DNA from: a virus
Lineage: Duplodnaviria > Caudoviricetes
Strand: one strand, 5' to 3'
DNA: 64,000 nucleotides
IMG/VR virus record: IMGVR_UViG_3300028591_000084
Part shown: positions 58,222 through 64,000 of the stretch, piece by piece
Position numbering within the stretch: the stretch's first letter is position 1
Layout of the letters: each line of letters opens with the position of its first letter
The notes under the pieces: generated by a model
Told to the model about the DNA's origin: nothing
The model's database searches: none
Seen by the model: the letters and a program-made list of their open reading frames with translations, nothing else
Position numbers and translations under genes: made by a program

Positions 58222-58272
58222 AAGAGGGCATTCTCCCTCTTTTCTTTTTGTCCCCTAGGATCCTTATAAATG
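58222..58272 (+). promoter_or_regulatory. terminator ending the array followed by promoter motif
   Basis: AAGAGGG-cattct-CCCTCTT plus T-tract, then CCCCtaggatCCTTAtaaaTG. Confidence 0.6.
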
Positions 58273-58292
58273 AAAATATAATTTAAAAATAA

Positions 58293-58484
58293 ATGATTAC
58301 AATTTGTTTGGTGTTATTGTATATCCTATCAGTCTATATTGCTTATGCTATAATGAGACTGTTTTTCAAGAATAGTTTTAATTTTGAATTTGACGGAATC
58401 TTAGTAGCAACATTTTGGCCCATAGTCTTACTCATGCTTATTATATTCTTTCCGTTTAAGCTAATAGATCATTGGTTCAAATAA
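58293..58484 (+). CDS. small membrane protein, paralog of 58537
   Basis: LY.LSVYI...R.F...WP..L...P..LI. Confidence 0.6.
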   Translation: MITICLVLLYILSVYIAYAIMRLFFKNSFNFEFDGILVATFWPIVLLMLIIFFPFKLIDHWFK

Positions 58485-58536
58485 TTGCACTAGCTTTACA
58501 GTATTATTATAAAAAAGTTGTGGCCATGGTACTATT

Positions 58537-58752
58537 TTGGCCTATATTATTAATCTGATGGAAAGGATTCTTTATATAATATTATACCTATTATCTGTTT
58601 ATATAGTCTTCTTTATAGTTAGAATTTTTGATAAAAAAGACAAAGACGTATTTGATCAGGCGATTCTTGCAATTATCTGGCCATTTTGTTTGATCTTTTT
58701 AATTTTAGTAAGCCCACTAATATTAATTCATAGATGGACAAAAGAGAAATAA
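58537..58752 (+). CDS. small membrane protein, paralog of 58293
   Basis: same pattern. Confidence 0.6.
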   Translation: MAYIINLMERILYIILYLLSVYIVFFIVRIFDKKDKDVFDQAILAIIWPFCLIFLILVSPLILIHRWTKEK

Positions 58753-59432
58753 AGATAGAGTTTGTTGTATTTCATGCCGACAACTTTACTATTGAAGTTG
58801 ATCTGCCTAATGATATAAAGTTTTATGAGTTCTGTCGATTTAACGATAAGCAAAGATTCTATGTAGCTATCTGCAAGAATGACACTGACTTTTATACTAC
58901 TTTATGTAAAAAGTCTTGTTTTAGATGCAATAGGTGGATCTTTGGTGACTATATGATATTAGAGCTCCGTCAATGTCATCCAGTAGAAGATAATCTACCT
59001 TTGATAACACTGGAGGAGCTTAATCAACAATTTGACCAACACATAAAGAATTTCTATATTAAATCAGAGCGAATTTCCAAAAGAAATGAAGAAAAAAATT
59101 CCCTCTTTACAATTCTTCAACCTACTAGATTTGGATATTATACTGAATTTATTGCTAAACCTCTCGGTTTTGTTAATAAAACTGGAGATGACCTGTCAAT
59201 GAAAATGGCTATTATTCAGAAATATTCTTGGCTAGGGGACGACTTTCATAACCACGTTCATAGGTTTGAAATTGGGATCTTTCCACTAAAACGACTAATG
59301 GACGAAGATACTTATAAAGGTCAGATTATAACTGTTTCCAATACGAAGGATCTTGAAGAGGAATATAATGAAGAGGTTAAAGATCTCCTGGATATGGATA
59401 ATTTTAATTATATCGATTTCAGAGAGGAATAA
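58734..59432 (+). CDS. hypothetical protein
   Basis: 232-aa ORF. Confidence 0.65.
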   Translation: MDKREIKIEFVVFHADNFTIEVDLPNDIKFYEFCRFNDKQRFYVAICKNDTDFYTTLCKKSCFRCNRWIFGDYMILELRQCHPVEDNLPLITLEELNQQFDQHIKNFYIKSERISKRNEEKNSLFTILQPTRFGYYTEFIAKPLGFVNKTGDDLSMKMAIIQKYSWLGDDFHNHVHRFEIGIFPLKRLMDEDTYKGQIITVSNTKDLEEEYNEEVKDLLDMDNFNYIDFREE

Positions 59433-59467
59433 TGCTGGTGAGATATGCTTAAATCCTTATCAGTGAT

Positions 59468-59704
59468 ATGAAAAAGACAAACTACCTAACTAGATTATTG
59501 TTTTTGGTATTGTTTATCCCTTGTACAATAATTTTCTTGGGATTGACAGTGATCGTAGGGATTATAGACCTCTTCATCTATACCCCATCCTACTATGTGA
59601 AACACAAAGAAATACCTAGTGATGAAAAATGCCTATGTAGAAAATTTGTGATTGGTGCTAACAAATTAGTGAGGACAGTTAATTCTTTTATTGAGAGTTA
59701 TTAA
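59468..59704 (+). CDS. small membrane protein
   Basis: promoter motif directly upstream. Confidence 0.55.
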   Translation: MKKTNYLTRLLFLVLFIPCTIIFLGLTVIVGIIDLFIYTPSYYVKHKEIPSDEKCLCRKFVIGANKLVRTVNSFIESY

Positions 59705-59762
59705 TCTTTTGGACAAGCTCTGTTTTAATTAAAATTCAGGGCTTGTTCTTCTTTTAAAATCA

Positions 59763-60383
59763 ATGATAATAAAATATATTAAAAACTTATTGTTTAGAGA
59801 TAAAACTGAAAAGGTAAGAAGAGAGAAAGAAGAATATAAAAAAAGAAAGGCTGAAATTGAAAAATTCCTAGACGCTGATTTCGAAAGAAGAAAAAAGGAA
59901 TGGGATGAAGCCTTTGATAAAAAATGGAATATATACCACAAAATTAATTCTACTTGCCCTAATTGTGGAGGAAAAAATATAATAGATATTCTCCCTAGAA
60001 CTGAATCAGGGAAAATAATATTAAAATGTAATGATTGTGGACATGAAAGATATAAATTAGAAGTTTCAGAACATATTAAGCCTGGATTCAACGGTGATAT
60101 TAAGCGGGCTAAGGAACTACTTGAATGTATTAGGTCTTATCTGAGATTATCTTATGATCCTAACAACACTAAAGAGATATTTGATTCACTTGAGGAGAAG
60201 CAGAAAAACTTTATAGAAACCCATAAGATGAAGGAGTATAAAGGCGCTCCTCGATATATAATAGAATACTCTTTATCACTCGTCTTAAAACCTGGGGAAT
60301 TAGGAATGAAAAGAAAAGATGATCATTATTCCTATACTCTACCTTCTAATATCTGGCCAATTGTTGAAAAATTATGCTCGTAG
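59763..60383 (+). CDS. Zn-ribbon protein
   Basis: CPNCG...CNDCG. Confidence 0.7.
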   Translation: MIIKYIKNLLFRDKTEKVRREKEEYKKRKAEIEKFLDADFERRKKEWDEAFDKKWNIYHKINSTCPNCGGKNIIDILPRTESGKIILKCNDCGHERYKLEVSEHIKPGFNGDIKRAKELLECIRSYLRLSYDPNNTKEIFDSLEEKQKNFIETHKMKEYKGAPRYIIEYSLSLVLKPGELGMKRKDDHYSYTLPSNIWPIVEKLCS

Positions 60384-60542
60384 CTATACTTAAATATATG
60401 TTTATTGCCTGTCTTGGGTTTGGAATCTATACTTTCATCTATAGGATCTGTAGAAAAGATATAGATCAAAAGAAAGTAGATCAGGCAATGGCAGTAGTTA
60501 TAATTATTGCGATTATTTGTTTCATCTTAATGCTATTACGTT

Positions 60543-61301
60543 ATGATTGAGAGTGTAAAAATTTTAAAACACAAGGACTCTCCCCTTTCTTATATTCTGG
60601 AGGAACTTGATAGATTAAAAGAGGGTTCTGAATTTATATTTAAACCGGGAACTAATGTGATTGTTGGACCTAATGGAAGTGGAAAAACAACACTTCTTAG
60701 GCTGATTCAGTACTATAACCTCGTAAAAGATAGCGAGATGATGACTGGAAAAGAATCCTTTGATGATAGTGGAATGAGAGGATTCAAACCCGGAATAGAG
60801 GTGAAGGCAGATTATGAGAATGTTGTCTTTAGGTTAGCTCATCCTGACGAATATTCTAAGGGAGGCTCTACTAGCTTAGGATTGGCAACTTTTAAAAATT
60901 TTGGAACTATGTTTATGTCCCAAAACTCATCAACTGGGGAGGGAATTCTGAGCTGTATTGGAAACTTGTTTGATCTCATGTTTAATCCCAATACAAATTT
61001 AAAATTTCCAGAACCTTCCAATAAACAATTTAAGGATTACGTAGAAAAGAATAGAATTAAGACAGATCATAGGATATTCACCGTGATTCTTGATGAACCT
61101 GATAGAAATCTAGATCTGGAAAACATCGAATCAATAAAAAACATACTGGAAGAGAAAAGATATGATATTCAACTCTTAACAGTAATTCACAATCCTATTC
61201 TACTCTGCGCCCTTAGGAAAAATCCCAGCATTAACTTCGTTGAGCTAGAAAGCGGATACCTGGATAAAATTGAAAAAACACTAAAATCCTTAATAATGTG
61301 A
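60543..61301 (+). CDS. ABC/AAA-type ATPase
   Basis: Walker A GPNGSGKT, signature STGE, Walker B ILDEPD, H-loop HNP. Confidence 0.85.
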   Translation: MIESVKILKHKDSPLSYILEELDRLKEGSEFIFKPGTNVIVGPNGSGKTTLLRLIQYYNLVKDSEMMTGKESFDDSGMRGFKPGIEVKADYENVVFRLAHPDEYSKGGSTSLGLATFKNFGTMFMSQNSSTGEGILSCIGNLFDLMFNPNTNLKFPEPSNKQFKDYVEKNRIKTDHRIFTVILDEPDRNLDLENIESIKNILEEKRYDIQLLTVIHNPILLCALRKNPSINFVELESGYLDKIEKTLKSLIM

Positions 61302-61681
61302 GTATTATGAAAATAATATTAGGTATAGCTCTATTTATTTTAGTAGCTCTATTTATTGTAGGATTGGCAACCTTATTTCAATTACCATTTCAGAAAGACC
61401 CCTATAAATTATGGGTAAATAAGATCCTGAAAAATCTAAAAGAAGTAGATAGATCCCTAGACGAAATCTTAGTGTCTATGCCAAAAGGAGCGAATGAAGG
61501 TGTAAATCTCTATTACGGAGCCTTTGATTTGGAGAAACAAGAGTTTATTGAGGAGTGGTCTGCTTCCTATGAAAAGATAACAGAAGATTATGACGATTGG
61601 GTTTTTCATTGCGAAACAGGAGAAACACCAACTATCGCCGTATTAAAATTGGAGAAATGGATAAAAGAAAACTTAAGGTAA
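61298..61681 (+). CDS. membrane-anchored hypothetical protein
   Basis: N-terminal TM. Confidence 0.6.
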   Translation: MSIMKIILGIALFILVALFIVGLATLFQLPFQKDPYKLWVNKILKNLKEVDRSLDEILVSMPKGANEGVNLYYGAFDLEKQEFIEEWSASYEKITEDYDDWVFHCETGETPTIAVLKLEKWIKENLR

Positions 61682-61687
61682 AAAATA

Positions 61688-61729
61688 AAAGGTGGAGACA
61701 TTTATAATCTCCTACCTTTCTTTTTTTTT
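61688..61729. terminator. probable bidirectional terminator
   Basis: AAAGGT(G)GAG..CTC(CT)ACCTTT flanked by A- and T-tracts between convergent genes. Confidence 0.6.
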
Positions 61730-63831
61730 TATTCTCTTAAAAACATTAACTCGTAACCATGATCTTTCTTTCCAGTCTTAGAATTAATAATCATACACTC
61801 CTTAACCTCATAATACTCTAATATGTCTGATGCTTTGGCTCTCTTCATTAAACCTGCCTTATCATACAACTCTTGTAATTTTTCTTTAACTTCTTTTCTT
61901 GAATATTTCTCGCCAATCTCAAAATTAAATTTTATTAGTTGTTCTGCGCTTATATACTGATTGTTAAGAAACTGATCTAATCTACTCTTTAATCTGAATC
62001 GATAATAGCACTCAGCCTTGCAAATTTCTGGTCCAAGAATAGTATAAAAAGTTCTATAGATCTGTGGAACTTCTTCAAGAAATGTTAAAAATTTCTTTTC
62101 ATCTATTGTTCCCCGTAATTCACAAAGATATCTTAGTTTGTCCTGAAATTGCTTAATTCCATCAAACTCTAACATAAGATCATCAGCATTAACGTAGCCA
62201 TATTCCTCTTCGTCCATCTTACTAAACATCGAAACTTGATTCCTATAGTCTAATTGCTGGATCTCATAAGTTCGTTTTTCTGCCAAATAAACTAACTTAT
62301 TAAAAACAGGTATTGGAGCTTTACCGACATGATGATTGACACCTATATAGTTATATTTATAGTTATAAGCATCTGTGTTTCTCTGATAAGTTGTAACTAG
62401 TGCCTGTCGTTGTTCGTCTGTTGAAAGTTGATTCTCATGAATATCTAATAGGATATTAGAATCTTTAATTTTCTCTTTAATTTTGGCTTGATAATCTTCA
62501 CGATTTTTCTCACTCCTAACAAACTGGACAAACAAATCAGCTCTATTTCGCCATGGATTTTCATCTAATCTTTGTCGACCCATAATCTGAGGAAGATCAA
62601 GAGTAATATCAACAGATAAAGAATCAATATTAGCATCACTAAAGATAAAAGTTCTAGCACAAGTTGAATAAAAATCTGCTCCGAGATAGACAGTTCTAGT
62701 ACAGAAAGTAAACATCTTATGTGACTCTCCTTTACCAGGAATTGTACCAATAGGAGTATCCTTACCATATTTCTCCTTTAATGTTTTCTTTCCTAACCCA
62801 AAAGCTTTCATTAAGGCGGCTTTATTGGCTGAACTCCGAGCACAAAGAACATTACACTCTTCAAATTTTAGTCCATTTCTTTTAATAGCTTTACAGATAG
62901 CTGATACAGAATTCATAAAAATAACTGCCTCTGTTGAAGGAATCATTGTAATATAACCACTTTCATCCTTAACAGGAAACTCTTCAAATTGACCAGTTTT
63001 GTAAGAATTAATAATACTAGATACAGCATCTTGAATATTTGGTAATGGATGAACAGCAAAAAATGGGTGAGTAACTCTTTTAGGGTCTTCCGTTTTCCAA
63101 TCAAACTCAATATAAGGCAGGTCTTTAAATTCATCCATCTGATCAAGATAAGACTCAATCATAGGAGTAGCACTTGCAAATATTACTCGACTAAGATCCT
63201 GAAGATAATAAAGTAACTCTAATTCTGTAGTTGATTTAAATTTGGCGTCAACAAATACACTCTGAGCTTCATCCACTAAACAGATAAACTCTTCCCTAAA
63301 AGCATCAAAACCAATTAAACTAATTATAGCCTCTTTCACATATCGAAAAGAGTCATAAGTTACAAGGATCTTGACTGGCTTATTAGGATTCTGAGCTTTA
63401 GTAATTAAACAATAATTAATAACTTCCTCTTTGAGAAATTTGACTCTTTCAGCCGATATAACCTTAAGTTTTTGTTCAGCTAATTCCGCCTCCTTTTCTC
63501 GTTTAAGAGTTTCTGGAGTCATAATATAAGCTTCATTATTAGAACGATTTTCATCCTTATGCAAATCCATGTCATATTCTACTGTTTTCTCAAGGTTATT
63601 TCTGAAGTAGAAGACAGAATTAGAATATTGACTAAACTTATTTTCCAAGAGGGCTAGTCTTGGAGAGATTAACACTACATTATACTTATTTTCTAAAGCA
63701 TCTGATGTTAATCCACAACCAGTAACTGATTTATTTAATATAACTGGTTGAGTAAAATTACCTAAGTCATAATCTTTCCATTCGGAAAGATATCTGATCC
63801 CTTTTGGGACAGTAATAATTGTCTTATTCAT
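61729..63831 (-). CDS. SF2 helicase-like protein with degenerate Walker A (possibly replication/origin-binding)
   Basis: TGCGLT, VTYDS, VDEAQS, SAT, FCTRTVYLGADF, QIMGRQR. Confidence 0.7.
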   Translation of the reverse strand: MNKTIITVPKGIRYLSEWKDYDLGNFTQPVILNKSVTGCGLTSDALENKYNVVLISPRLALLENKFSQYSNSVFYFRNNLEKTVEYDMDLHKDENRSNNEAYIMTPETLKREKEAELAEQKLKVISAERVKFLKEEVINYCLITKAQNPNKPVKILVTYDSFRYVKEAIISLIGFDAFREEFICLVDEAQSVFVDAKFKSTTELELLYYLQDLSRVIFASATPMIESYLDQMDEFKDLPYIEFDWKTEDPKRVTHPFFAVHPLPNIQDAVSSIINSYKTGQFEEFPVKDESGYITMIPSTEAVIFMNSVSAICKAIKRNGLKFEECNVLCARSSANKAALMKAFGLGKKTLKEKYGKDTPIGTIPGKGESHKMFTFCTRTVYLGADFYSTCARTFIFSDANIDSLSVDITLDLPQIMGRQRLDENPWRNRADLFVQFVRSEKNREDYQAKIKEKIKDSNILLDIHENQLSTDEQRQALVTTYQRNTDAYNYKYNYIGVNHHVGKAPIPVFNKLVYLAEKRTYEIQQLDYRNQVSMFSKMDEEEYGYVNADDLMLEFDGIKQFQDKLRYLCELRGTIDEKKFLTFLEEVPQIYRTFYTILGPEICKAECYYRFRLKSRLDQFLNNQYISAEQLIKFNFEIGEKYSRKEVKEKLQELYDKAGLMKRAKASDILEYYEVKECMIINSKTGKKDHGYELMFLRE

Positions 63832-63935
63832 ATAAATAATAGAGTTTTAGTTACACAAAAAAAACGTCACTAAGAGAATTTCTCTCCAGTTTCATATACA
63901 TATATTAGAATTTAAACTGTATTTATCAGTAAAAT

Positions 63936-64000
63936 GTTACACTTTTTAGGTGAATATTTACGAATTCCTATAAATAACCCACAAGGAAAAAAAGTGTAAC
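63936..64000. repeat. 12-bp inverted repeat GTTACACTTTTT upstream of the helicase-like gene
   Basis: 63936-47 versus 63989-64000; a related GTTACAC at 63850. Confidence 0.6.

Noticed and set aside
407-63158. Many short ORFs antisense to or nested in longer genes (for example 407, 4788, 11205, 24401, 35963, 53584, 59729, 62565)
   Set aside because: Shadow ORFs with no motifs, conflicting with well-supported operons
1-64000. TAG-to-Gln recoding as in Lak megaphages
   Set aside because: Long ORFs are intact in the standard code and some TAG stops coincide with terminators (for example 14849 and 29138)

Overview
AT-rich, gene-dense 64 kb segment of a large (probably jumbo) dsDNA phage, most likely infecting Bacteroidales/Prevotella. 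This is inferred from the lack of SD motifs, AATTATG starts and a promoter motif resembling TAnnTTTG; the genetic code is standard. Left half: a PARG (TIGR02452-like) plus Nudix pair, degenerate HAD and IMPDH/GMPR-like genes, and a two-subunit type IIA topoisomerase. Its GyrB-like gene is split by two tandem ORF-less group I introns flanking a 16-nt micro-exon that encodes most of the catalytic TOPRIM DxDxDG motif. A third complete group I intron sits in a 3'-UTR with no coding exons. There is also a phiEco32-like amidoligase/COOH-NH2 ligase/GATase cluster with a duplicated module, and a tRNA-like element in a leader. Right half (about 30.5-58.2 kb): a co-oriented array of about 70-80 mostly small ORFs. 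Many belong to a few paralog families with conserved ends and variable middles and are joined by shared junction sequences, suggesting recombinational cassette shuffling. About 18 copies of a C(C/T)TTA-N4-TG promoter-like motif punctuate the window, and GGATCC is strongly over-represented. All calls were made by eye from motifs; no database search was run.
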